Origin: Podarcis vaucheri
Taxonomy: Eukaryota
NCBI GenBank assembly: GCA_965113315.1
Contig: OZ220374.1
Length of the DNA: 64,000 nucleotides
Strand: one strand, 5' to 3'
Shown here: positions 48,738 through 60,430 of the stretch, one piece after another
Position numbering within the stretch: position 1 is the stretch's first letter
Layout: each line of letters begins with the position of its first letter
Notes under the pieces: generated by a model
The model's database searches: none
The model's input: the letters and a program-made list of their open reading frames with translations, nothing else
Told to the model about the DNA's origin: nothing
Made by a program: the position numbers and the translations under genes

Positions 48738-48951
48738 NNNNNNNNNNNNNNNNNNNNNNNNNNNNNNNNNNNNNNNNNNNNNNNNNNNNNNNNNNNNNNN
48801 NNNNNNNNNNNNNNNNNNNNNNNNNNNNNNNNNNNNNNNNNNNNNNNNNNNNNNNNNNNNNNNNNNNNNNNNNNNNNNNNNNNNNNNNNNNNNNNNNNNN
48901 NNNNNNNNNNNNNNNNNNNNNNNNNNNNNNNNNNNNNNNNNNNNNNNNNNN
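48738..48951. other. Assembly gap
   Basis: Run of N. Confidence 1.
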
Positions 48952-49170
48952 AGGGCCAGGGAATCCAAGGACTGGAAGAAAAAGCCTGCGCTGGGCTCCC
49001 TGAGCCACCTGCTTACAATGTCCCTGGAGGTGTCGTGTACCTTGCTCTGGAGGGCCTTCTGCGGTTAAGGTGCCACCACAGAGAAGGCCATCTCTTTTGC
49101 TTATGTGGAATGATCTTCTCCTAAGGACCGCTTCTGACCACTTTAATGCATGGGCAAGTTGATGAAGGAG

Positions 49171-49724
49171 TGTGGGATGTATTATTACTAGAGCAGTCAA
49201 GTACAACATTTTCCTGTTGCCTAGAATGGACACACAGGGGAATGTGGCTCCAGACAGCGAGGACTTCCTGTCATACCTGCTCTGGAGCTTCCTCCCCCTC
49301 CCCACATGTGTGACCAGGTAAAAGGGCTGGCCATGCAACCCGCGTCTCTCGGACTCTTGAACTCTAGCTCTCCGCTGCCTCTTAACCAGCACATGACTCA
49401 ACCTTCACATAGGATGGCGCCCACATGCAGAATCCCAAGATAAAGCCTGCCTTCAGATTACTGCTGTGAACTGAATGTGAGTAAAACTTTAGTCTTCCTT
49501 TTAAAGAAGACTGTGTTGTGTTATTATTATTTTAAGAGGGAAATAAAAGGGAAACTTACCAAGAACAATCCAGACTGAGTTGCTTAATTAAAGGATTCTA
49601 ACATATCATCAACTTGCTTCCAATAAGTTGCAAAGGGAATGTGCTCTGCTGTTTACTCACTAGCGTGAGTGAGGAGAAATAATATCAAAAAATATATCCT
49701 CTTCTACCTTCCTTAAGGCCCACA
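49171..49724 (+). mobile_element. Solo LTR, same family as 5572-8263
   Basis: TGTGGG...CCCACA termini. 5-bp TSD AGGAG at 49166-49170 and 49725-49729. Shares GAGCAGTCAAGTACAACATT, CTGCCTTCAG, CTGTGAACTGA, TTTAAGAGGGA and AACTTACCA in the same order. Confidence 0.88.
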
Positions 49725-49841
49725 AGGAGGAATTGCTCCTTCACGTCTGTGCACCAAGCCTATTAGGGCTTTAAAGTTAAGCACCAGCACCTTGATTTGC
49801 ACTCAACAGTGAAGCAGTATAGCTCCTTCAGAATGACTGTA

Positions 49842-50083
49842 CAGTGGTACCTCGGGTTACATACGCTTCAGGTTACATACGCTTCAGGTTACAGACTCCG
49901 CCAGCCCAGAAATAGTACCTCGGGTTAAGAACTTTGCTTCAGGTTGAGAATAGAAATCATGCTCCGGCGGCGCGGCAGCAGCGGGAGGCCCCTTTAGCTA
50001 AAGTGGTGCTTCAGGTTAAGAACAGTTTCAGGTTAAGAATGGACCTCCAAAACGAATTAAGTACTTAACCCGGGGTACCACAG
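49842..50083 (+). mobile_element. Tigger/pogo-like MITE
   Basis: Same body and TIR as the 22125 copy, with TA TSD. Confidence 0.92.
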
Positions 50084-51283
50084 TAATATGCCTTCATCTT
50101 TGTAAACCAGCCAGAATCCTAGCAATCAAATTCTGCCGTGTTTGAAGATTATGGGTATGTATTATTTTAATAACCCTAGGGAGGACCCCACTCTAGCATG
50201 TTGCACCAGTCCAGCTGTAGATATGCCCATATCAGAGGTCACCAATGTGGCACCAGCAGGTTCCAAGGGGCCTGACAGTACTTCCTATGGCACTCACGGT
50301 CTATGTAAAAATCCACAAAGTTCAGAAAATTGTTTGCTCTTCTTGTTCAGTTCCTGTTTCCACTAGCTTAACCTCTCCTGCATTGCACATGCCCCCTTAA
50401 ACGTGCATGGATTTCATTGGATTCCAGGGGACAGAACACCAACACTCACTTCCATTCTGAACAGAGAAGAGGCGCAAAGAGTGTCTCTCTCTGAGCAAGT
50501 GTAGTCGAGGCCTTTTTCTCATTGTTGGGACAGCACCATTTTGTGCTCCTCTTTTCCTTTGATGTCCTTTTAGATATGGCAGCCATTTTGTGTTATGTTG
50601 TGCCCCCATGGCAGCCATGACACGTTTTCAATATTCCCACTGACCCAAAAGGGTTGGTGGCCCCTGTTGTAATGTACTTACATGAAGATGCCACAAGCCT
50701 TAACATCACACTGCAAATAAATTAATCTGGTAGGTTGATATCCTAGAAAATCTTTAGATATGTGCAACTTAGACAACAGTGCAAGGCAAATAAGGCTGCA
50801 ATTCTATACACCCCAAGGTAAGTCCACTTGAACCCAGTGAAGCACTTACTTCTGAGGAGACATGGATAAGATTTCACTGTAAGACACGTTACTATAATGT
50901 GTATGTTACGTACTCTCTCTCTTTTTAGGTTATTTGATTTATTTGCATAGCCAAATCATGGATCCCCCACTTCCTCAACTTTATCTCTGTTAACATTGTT
51001 TCTGGGATACAAATCTCAGCTGGAGATGTCTGAAGTTTCCTTCCATTTCAAGATATCTCCAGTAGTGTTTTCCCCCTATAACTATTGAATATCTTCAAAT
51101 GGTTTTTATGCCCTCATCTTTTTCTATTTTCTTGCCTTAATCCATATTCAAAGGCTCTCCAGAATTACCTTTTTTTCTGTAGGAAAGTAACTGTTGAATA
51201 TCTTCCATAGTTTTTCAATCACTGTTTTCAATCCTTATTTTTTAATCCAAAGAGATATTATTATTATTATTTCTCTCAAAACG

Positions 51284-51284
<1 letters not shown>

Positions 51285-51328
<44 letters not shown>
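51285..51328. repeat. (TA)n microsatellite abutting the Penelope end
   Basis: Read directly from the sequence. Confidence 0.95.
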
Positions 51329-51332
<4 letters not shown>

Positions 51333-51475
51333 CTTTCGTAGATTTTCACGGGTACAGGAATGCAGGTTTTGGTGTCTTCGGGTGTCTTCCCGTGTAAGAG
51401 TCGGGGTGTCTGTGCGACGTTTCGACGAGGTCTCACTCGTCATCTTCAGGCTGGTGCTTTCGGCTTCTTGTTACA
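51329..51475 (-). mobile_element. Penelope-like element 3' terminal (pLTR) fragment
   Basis: Minus strand carries CCTGAAGATG...CGAAACGTCG and ends ACCCGTGAAAATCTACGAAAGCAAA next to (TA)n. CpG-rich within CpG-poor flanks. Confidence 0.8.
51414..51451 (-). ncRNA. Minimal type I hammerhead ribozyme motif
   Basis: Minus strand GC-CUGAAGA-U-GACGAG-ugagac-CUCGUC-GAAAC-GUC-GC: both catalytic boxes, a perfect 6-bp stem II, a palindromic ACGU mini stem III and a GUC cleavage triplet. Confidence 0.75.
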
Positions 51476-51949
51476 TCTGGCCTGGGGCGGGGCCTGGGGC
51501 CTCATAAGGACTGCGTGCTGCTTGCTGCCTGCTGCCCAGGAGGACTCCCCTGAGTGAGTGCTTGAGGGCCCTTTATTCACCTTTGGCTTCTAGAAGACTA
51601 CATGGGTTAGGAATTTCAGGTTGTAGTTCTAAGTACACTTACTAATCAGTGGGTCACATTTAGTTCAAAAGAATTTATTTCTGACTCAACGTACAAAGGA
51701 TTCCACTGCAATTAATGAACCGTACCAGTCCTCTCACTGTACATGTCTCCTCAGAAGTCCAACTGGGTTCAATGGGGAAGTGTGTATGGGATTGCATTTG
51801 CCACCTCAGTGAGTTAAAATGTGTGCTGTTCCAATAGATTTCAGTTCTCTGTTTGCCTGTTGAAATGTGGTACTTTTCTTGGTTTTTCTATAAATACAGA
51901 AAGCCAGAATTCATGGCAACGAATTCTGAAGGCTTTTTTTCTTCTTTTA

Positions 51950-52600
51950 ATCTGCAGGATCTTCAGGCGCTGCTATTTCATCATTCGCACAACACTATTT
52001 TTCTTCTTAAACTTCCCCATAGCAAATAAATCATCCTTCTTTCCCCTGGGGATCTCAAAGGAAGTGGTTCGTTTATGAACCAGATTAGATCAATTGCCAT
52101 ATTTACAAATACAAATCCATAATAAATCCAGCAGAAAAACACATCTACACATGGGAAACCAAATATCAAAAAGTGTAACTAACAGGGGTTTTGTACACGC
52201 ACAGGCACACACGCACACAACCCGATGCATGCCCACCTCAGGCATTGATTCAGGACTCTTTGTTCCAATTGTTGTTGCTGTCACATATCCTTTTAACTTT
52301 CTCACACGACCGGATACATGTTGTTTTCACATTTAAGTGAATGCCCATAATTTGAAGAAGTTTTCAAAAAACCTAAAAACTCTCTCTCTCTCTCTCTCAT
52401 TCCCTCTTTGTGCATAGAATCATTTGCACAACAATTGCAATATTAAATCTGACTTAGTTGCGTATGACAATTCTCCTGCCGGCTCATTTTGATTTAACTG
52501 GTCCATTGGATTGTTAGCCTGCTGAAACGCTTGATTCCTCATCAGCTACAAAGAGGGCAGGTGAGCTCAACAGGTCTGACGCCAACATGGAATTATAATG
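51950..52600. promoter_or_regulatory. Candidate conserved non-coding element / enhancer
   Basis: Repeat-free, AT-rich and motif-dense: ATTTGCAC, AACAAT, TGACA, TGATTTAA, AGCAAATA. Confidence 0.4.
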
Positions 52601-54773
52601 AAAACATGGCAGAGGAAGAAACGCTTTGTGGATTTTGAGGACATAGAAGATGGCTGGATTCCACCTATCTCTATCCACTCAGCGAGGGCTGAAATCCTGT
52701 GCCCTCTTACACACGAGTACGTCCTATTAAATTCACTGGGTGTTTACTTTAGAGTAGGCATGTATAGGCGTTCCCTGCAAGAGAGGACTTTGGTTCAAAC
52801 GTCCATCGTAAAAATGGATGTGAGTTCTAACATACCGATGTCAAGCACAGCAAATGGAATTGCATGTCGCTGAAATCCATTTTACCTCAGTAATCATTCC
52901 CGTTCTATTAAAGCGTGGTGTGTATGTTTCGGAAACATTTGAAATTCTAGAGCAAACCAAGGGTGCCTGAGTGTTTTCATAATACTGTATGGATTTCTCC
53001 AACACTCCAGCCTTGGTCCTTTGCACGGTGTTTTGGGGTCTGATCCTTCTCGTTCTTCCCCCTCCCCATTTCATCCCCATCAGCAAACTGTTTACCTTAT
53101 TCTCCCACTTGACTCTGAACATACCAAAATTATCCCACCCGTAGAAAACTCGCCTTAGAAGAAGGGTTAACTTAAGCAAGAATAGCAATAATAATAATTG
53201 GCTAGCAGGACATCCGCACACATACCCTTCCCTCTTACTCCTTCACGAAACGGCCTCCCGCCCCTCCCATCCTGCAGCAGATTGCATTTCATTCAACGCC
53301 CAAAGACAGTCTTACAATCCACGTCACTCATTGCGATATTGACATACGAGGTCCCGGTTTCGCCAGCTTATGCGTAGGTCATGTGTTTCATTCTGCTGTT
53401 GTTTTGGCAAGAACTTCACAGTGGGCAAGTCGAAGGATGTCAAGATGGGTTGGTCAAGTCAGATCCTCTCCCCCACCACCACCCTTGGTCTGAGATGACT
53501 GCTCAGGAAACCTGTTCGTTTTGTTTGCTTGCTTATGTCACCCCTGCACCTCCTTCGAGTCATCGCTTTTCCCTACGCCATCGTATGCCCCGGAGACCCT
53601 TGCTGACTGCTTCCACTACGCTTCCCCCCAAAAAGCACGCCCAGGCTTCGTCAGTGGTCGGCAGACCCAATCCCCGTGAGATTTGATCTACGAAGTCCGT
53701 GTTAAAGTTGGGGGAAATCACTTGCTGAGCTATAAGCAGTCCATACCAAATCAGCTAGTGCCTCGAGTCTTCGCCCTTCCAATATCTTTTTGCTGCGTGA
53801 CAAATGAACCCTTGTCTTCGAGCGCCCCAGCTTACACAGACACTAGGCGGTAGCAGATAACCTGACATAACCCCTGCAGCCCCCAACAAGAAAATTATCT
53901 ACCCCCCACCCAAAGTGGATTACTAGCAGTCTCCATAGGGCTACCCCTATGGAGACTATAATAGTCCCCTATGGAGACTATAGTAAGAAATAAAAGGCAG
54001 ATATTCAACCACCGGTGCAACAACACTGGAATCTGCACGACAGAAGGCTGTTAAGCTGGATACATGGAGACGTGTGTGTGTGTGTGTGTGGTTTTTGTTT
54101 TTTAAGCGGTACCTGGCTATGAAACAAATGGCTGTATTTAACTCTAGGCTAAACCATTTGAGATTTTTAAAAAAGAAAAATAATAATTATGCATGGTTAT
54201 AAAAACCGTGAGGGGGAGAGAGAGAAACTCCTTGAGATGCTGGCACGAAGTCAACTCCTTTGGACTATTATGTTCAACCGAGCCATGGGCACAGAAGGTC
54301 GCGAACAAGAGGCCTGTTGTTGAAATGGCTCTTCCCCCCGCTATCTCAATAATAAAGTCTCCCCCACTTTCACCTACGGGGTTTTTGCTTTCATCTGGCT
54401 GCGTCGTTGCTGCTGAACCGGCTCAGTCCAGAGACCCTTCATTAAAGGCTGTGCAAGCCTCCCAGCTCCGAAAGGAATGGGGGCGGGTTCCCAAGAAAAC
54501 TAATCAGTGCGGGGAGGGGGCTGGATTGACACGGCACTCTCCTAGACCTTGGAGTTAATAGAGGGAAAATGCATATAATAAACCCAAACCATAAACCTGA
54601 AAATGCCCAATAAGGAACTAACCCCTTGGTTCCAGCAGCACTCCAGATCGATTTTGTTATCATTAACCTGACCTCCTCGATGGCACTTAAACTGACCCGG
54701 CTCCAGAGAACTGAACTTAGCTGAGCTGCTGAATGGGCTGTTGTTAGCGAGGGCACCCAAAAGTAATCTATTT

Positions 54774-54778
54774 TGGTG

Positions 54779-54814
<36 letters not shown>

Positions 54815-54830
54815 GTATAGTGGTAGTAGT
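54774..54830. repeat. (GGT)n(AGT)n trinucleotide repeat
   Basis: Read directly from the sequence. Confidence 0.9.
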
Positions 54831-55152
54831 ATGGGTCTGTTTTCTCCTTCCAACTGCTGGAAGAAGAAATCAGACCCATACTGTCCTACAGTTTTCTACA
54901 CTTGTCTTTCCAGTTGGATCGCAACGATTAAGAGAGGGAAACTTCCTTCTTTGCAAAGCGTTCATTTTGGCTCCTTACTCGGGAACAATCGTTCTACTCA
55001 TCCCAAAAAACCGTGCAGTTTTTCTCTGGATCCAAGTAGACAGGCTTCTCCAGGCAAAACGTTGGTGCAGGCCAAATATGACAGCAGCATATATTTATTG
55101 TGGACCTTTATATTCCGCCTTTCTATGACAAGATCCAACTCAGGGCGGTTCT

Positions 55153-55155
<3 letters not shown>

Positions 55156-55217
<62 letters not shown>
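55156..55217. repeat. (TA)n microsatellite
   Basis: Read directly from the sequence. Confidence 0.95.
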
Positions 55218-55220
<3 letters not shown>

Positions 55221-58200
55221 GAGGAAATAATTAGTGCTTTTTCTTATATGAAAGGCTCCATGACTGCTGGGAAGGTAGGGGCGCCATATGGTTTTATGGA
55301 TTTCAGTTGCTTTGATTTTAATGAATTGTTTCTGCACTACCCTGGGAACTTTCAGGTTAAAGGCTGGATTAATCATCCTCATCCTCATCCAGAGATGGGG
55401 TTGCTCCCAACCATCTAACCATCCATCCTGCCCCAGTCACTTTAAAAAATGCACCCTTAGGATTTATAAGCATTGCAACACCAGCCATAATGATTTACAT
55501 AAGTACATTAATGGAAATTGTTGTTCCTCGGGCACAACTGTAACAACGCCATAGCAATCCACCCATTTATCAAAAGTTAAGGTGTCACCTTCTAGAGAGA
55601 TACAAATGTCAGGCATATGAAAATATGATGTGATCGTGTGCTGCTTAACTCAGAATATGTGTTGGTTAAAAATAATTATGTAATAGTGTGGCTGCTGGAA
55701 TAGCAGCGAAGGTAACGGGATCGAAACCTAACTGGAGCCAGGACTGCAGACAAAACTACATCCCGACTTTCAACCAATAGGGATTTCAGATATAAACTCT
55801 CCTTGTCCTTAGACAGGTATGTGTTGTGCTTTTTCAGAGCTCCAGAATGTTCCATACTTGTTAAACTGATCCTTCCCGATCCCGATTACAGTTTATTTCA
55901 AAATAAAAATTATTTCAGCATAAGAGACCGGGAAAAGCAACAGTCGAGATTGAGTCATATGAGAATTAGCAACTTTGCCAGTGTTGATCTTGTGTTGCAT
56001 CGCGTTTTCAGTGTGTTTATAGTCGCTTAAAGCATTCCGAAGGAAGATTTGGTTACTTCGTGTTTTTTTGTCATGTTTGATGGAGATTCCACAATATTTC
56101 CTGTGAACTGTTAGTCGCCCTCGGTCATTGCAAGAACTGAACGTGCGGATTAAGTAACAGTACTTCTGAACACACCCCGTCTCATTATTTTTTTATAGAA
56201 ATATGGTCGCCTGCAGCAAGCTGTTACACCAGAAGGTCACAGATTTTTAAATTCCTGTTTATTAAAGCAGTAACTCTTTGTAGGGATTATCTGGAGTTTG
56301 AAAAACACATTTATTTTCGTTGAGGTGAGAAATATCGGCAGTAAAGGGACAGCGACAGTCCTACAGTCAAAACCATAATACTCCAGATCCATTTGACAGT
56401 GTCTTCCTTCCCAAACCCAAAAACATTTAATTGAAAATAAATCCCACTGATATTTATTTGTGGCCAGTCGGGTTTACTTGGGGTGTCTAGGAGAGCATTT
56501 AGGAGCAGAGTGCCCAACCTGCAAAACACAATGCACTTACTCGAGAGCAGTTATTTTTCTTTTTATAGGATAACTCTTAACACATTCAGTTCGTTACATA
56601 GCTTTAAGTACAGCTTTGACAATATCTCGACTTCTTCCTTAATAATATAGAACTCTTTCCACCTGGGAGCTTCGATTTATGCAGAGCGCAATCTGTTAAG
56701 AAGTTCTCGTGCGTAAATTCCACCCAGATTAATGCGATGGGTTCTGTTTGGATGAGGCTTGGCAGGAAACGTTTCAGTCGACGTGCTTTTTAAATTCACC
56801 TTAAACCTTTAAGAACAAGGGGGACTGATAAACTCGGCAATGCTCCTATCGACAGCACATGTACTATACAGTACTTAGAAGCGAGTTCCACTGAAGTCTT
56901 TGAGTTTTGCTTCCAGCTAAACGTGCTTAGCGTACAGAGTATAAATAATTGGATGGGTAATGGCATCAGTAGTAATTCTGGGTTCAGATGAGTATACTAC
57001 GGAATGGGCAAAGAAAGGGGAAATTTTAAGGTATAGCAAAACAGCCATCAAATGGTTTGAATCTTGTCCTCCACTAATTTCCATCCAACTTTGGGGGATG
57101 TGGAAGGTTACAAAAGTCTGCAAAGTGCTTTATAGCAGTGATCTCATGCACCATCGCAACAACCGGATGGAAGAAGTCTCATTCATTGATAGTCCCAGTA
57201 AAGCTTAGGCAGGGTGGCGAGAAAGAAAAGACTTCAAGGCCTCCTGAAATTTTTACTTAGACAGGATTTCCAATACAGGGATCTTCCAGGTCCAAGTCTT
57301 CCAGCGACAGCTTTTTATTTTTACTCTCCAGTAGCCCCATTAAATTCTGTGGCTTTGTTCTAGAGCAGGGATGTGGAACCTGTGGCCTTCCAGATGTTGC
57401 TAGACTGCATCTTCCATCCTCATGAACAATGGCTATACCAGCTGCAGCTGATGGTAGCTGGCGTCCCAACTACAGCTGAAGAACCACAGGTTACCCCATC
57501 AAGAGTAAAGGTTGTTCATTTTGCCTACCAGTGCCATACACACCAACACATCTCACTGTCTGGGAGCAAAGTACAACAGAAGTTGACTCTAACAACCTGT
57601 TGCATTGGGCAACACTAGAGGGTATGGACTATCCCAGAGAAGAAGATGTTGTTTAGGACATGCTTCATGAACCTGGTGCCCTCCAGATGATTTGGACTAC
57701 ACAGCTCCCATAATCCCTGGCCGGTGGAGAGTTGTTGTAGTCCAGCTACATCCGGAGATCAAGAAGCTTGAGGCAATACAAAAATCCCAGGGGCCGAGCC
57801 CTGCCCTCGGATATGAATGAAATCAAGGCTCTTTCCCCGACTGTTACCTGCATCAACACTATGAGCCTTTGGTCGTCTCACTCTTAAGGAAAGCATTGAA
57901 CTTCTTGTGCTGGCCGATACTGCCGAGAAACAAACTCCCAGTTGGTTGCCAAGAGAAAAAACCTGGTGTGTATGAGAAGTTTCGCCTTAATAGCGGGTTC
58001 ATGTGCCGCCGCATGGACTGCAATGACATTCCCGGTCGATTCAACTCTGTTATAGCAACGGCCACAATGCCTGGTGTTCCAGAACCATAAATTAAACAGC
58101 ATCGTGGTTTTGGTCTGGGAAATGAATTCTACACAACCCACCTATGTTCAGCATATATATATTTTTTTAAAAAGTCTAAGTACAGATTTTTTTTTGAGGT

Positions 58201-60099
58201 CAGGGTTACGGGATGGTATTATTACCCAATAATGCATTCTCCCCACCCTCAGCTACTAGGCAGAGGAGTTGTGGTTGTTGCTCCACTTTCCAGAAGCCTG
58301 CAGTAAAACTGGTAAGTTTAGCTGGATTCTCGCATTTCTCCGAAGAGGAGTTACCCTCCTTCCTCAAGTGGCTCTTATCCATCATTTTATAGGAGGAGAC
58401 AACTTTCACCTACTTCAACGTGGGGAGCATTAGACGTCTGGACCTAGCGCTCCCCCAACTCCTTTTAAAAAATCATCTTCATTGGAAATATTGTCAAAAT
58501 AGTAGAGGTGTATTCATCTGTAAAGGGAGGAAATGAAGGTCAGAACACACACACGCTAAGTTAGTAAAATCGCAGGGGGAAATATGCTACAACCCCTTGA
58601 TTTATTCTTACTTTTTAAAAAAGGACAAAGCCCACTTACTCCAGACAAGTGCTAAGAATCAGAAGAAACTTACTCCGGAGTAAACGGAATTTGAGTTGCA
58701 GCGTCAAGAGCACTTCCTATCCCCACCCCAAAGATGAATACTTAGGTTTCGAAATCAGCTTCCAAATACAAATAAGTTTTCGATGGTTAAATCTCCTGAG
58801 ACTAAGCAATCCGGATGGTACTTTCTGTAAAGGCAAAGCAATGGAATGAAACTGATGGTGGGGGCGCTTAAAATTTTTTTAGGAAAATAGTTCTCATACA
58901 CTGTAAATCGACCTCCCCACCGCCCCGCCCCCCTGCTTCACCTAATCATTTTCTTATACCTACAAAACTAATACAGTGGGTCCGGGGTTCAGGGAGAACG
59001 ATGAGCACTCACAAAGAGATTCGGGGATATGTTTAATTATTCTTTTATAACAATGGAGCTTGTAATCATGTGGTAGCAATTTATCTGAACTCCCGCCAGA
59101 AATTAAAAAGATTGCCAGGGAGAGAGTTGATTTCTCTTTCTCTCTCTTAAAAACAGTGGCTAACCCCTAGCAAAAATTTAAAATAAATTAGAAATATTGT
59201 TCTATCCGTATACATTCCTGGTCAACGTAAATTGTAACCGATCCGAGGGAAAACATAAAACACAACTACTCCAGGCCCTTTCTAAAAAAATCGGGCTATT
59301 CTTTTCATCGCACCTTTCTTTTCTCCCCATACCCCTTAAGATATAGGACAAACTACTGTATCTCACTTTTCCTGATAAGACTACATTAAGTGGATTGATA
59401 AATTTATCACTTTCTAGCGACACTCCTAATCCCATAAATAGTTAAAATATCACATTTCTGCTTAACATGAGGCTATCCATACTACGATGTTATAAAATCT
59501 TTTCACCTAATAACTTTTAACATAACGCTTTGGCAGGTCAGATAGAAACAGAAACTAATCTACACAGGCGAGAATGAAAGAACTCTCGCCTACTTCAATG
59601 CGGGGAGTCCTATATTTGTGTTCACACACACACTCACATACACACACCGTCGCAGCCGCCAGTTCTTAAATTCTCAATTTCCTCAGAGGATCCATTAGAA
59701 ATTGTGGGAAAACGATAAAAGGTTTGACAGAAGTGTATACTGTAAATATATACTGTACTCAAACAATAGGCACTGAGTCATCCCAAGTCTGACTTTGATT
59801 CGTTTTATGTTTCCTGGACGTTTTAAATCTCTCTTGTGTTCTAAATAGAGGTTTCAGAAAATGGCCGGTTTTTAAATCACTGAGAGAGAGAGAGAAAACA
59901 CACTAGATGAAATAAAAGTTTGCACTCCTCTCTCTGTGTGTGTTGTAATCTACCTACCCTGATTTTGAACAGGAATGCACTTTCTCTGTGTGTAATCTCT
60001 GCACAAGTCTTCCTGAACGTTTCTCCCCCTTTAGCATTTGCTTTTGAAAATCTTTCTTATTTCCCAATTATCTCCAAGGGGGGAAAAGAGCACTCAGTG

Positions 60100-60430
60100 G
60101 GAGGGAGGGAGTTAGGATGTCCAGCAAATGCTGCTCGTAAAGCTGTTTAATTACATTAGAAACACATGAATATCCTTGAATGCAAAGTGTCCTTAAAACT
60201 GGCTCAGGAATGTTTTCAGAGAAAATGATGGGAGGAGGAGGAGGAGGAAGAGGCCTTGACAGTTTTCCTCCAAAATAATGTGATGGCAGGTAAATTGCAT
60301 TTGCTCATGAAAATCAAATCCGATTAAAAGACTTCCACCATCATCTTTTAAAGGTTTTCTTCGCTCCTGGAAACTGAGTTATTAGAAATCAACATCCTTC
60401 CATGGATTAGACCAAAAGCAATATTTGTGT
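60100..60430. promoter_or_regulatory. Candidate conserved non-coding element / enhancer
   Basis: TAATTA, TGACAG (MEIS/TGIF), TTGCATTTGC (POU-like), GATTAA and GGATTA motifs in unique sequence. Confidence 0.45.

Larger units (their letters stand above)
48952..50230 (-). mobile_element. Old L2 remnant hosting a solo LTR and a Tigger-like MITE
   Basis: 49765-49797 on the minus strand encodes IKVLVLNFKAL (L2 motif FKVLVLTFKAL). Boundaries are approximate. Confidence 0.6.

Noticed and set aside
5572-49724. The two related LTRs as ends of one giant provirus
   Set aside because: Each LTR has its own distinct TSD pair, they are substantially diverged, and no gag/pol lies between them.
57869-58090. 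GCQEKKPGVY resembling the trypsin-family C-terminal GC...PGVY motif
   Set aside because: Lacks the preceding GDSGGP and VSWG motifs and any companion exons, so likely chance.
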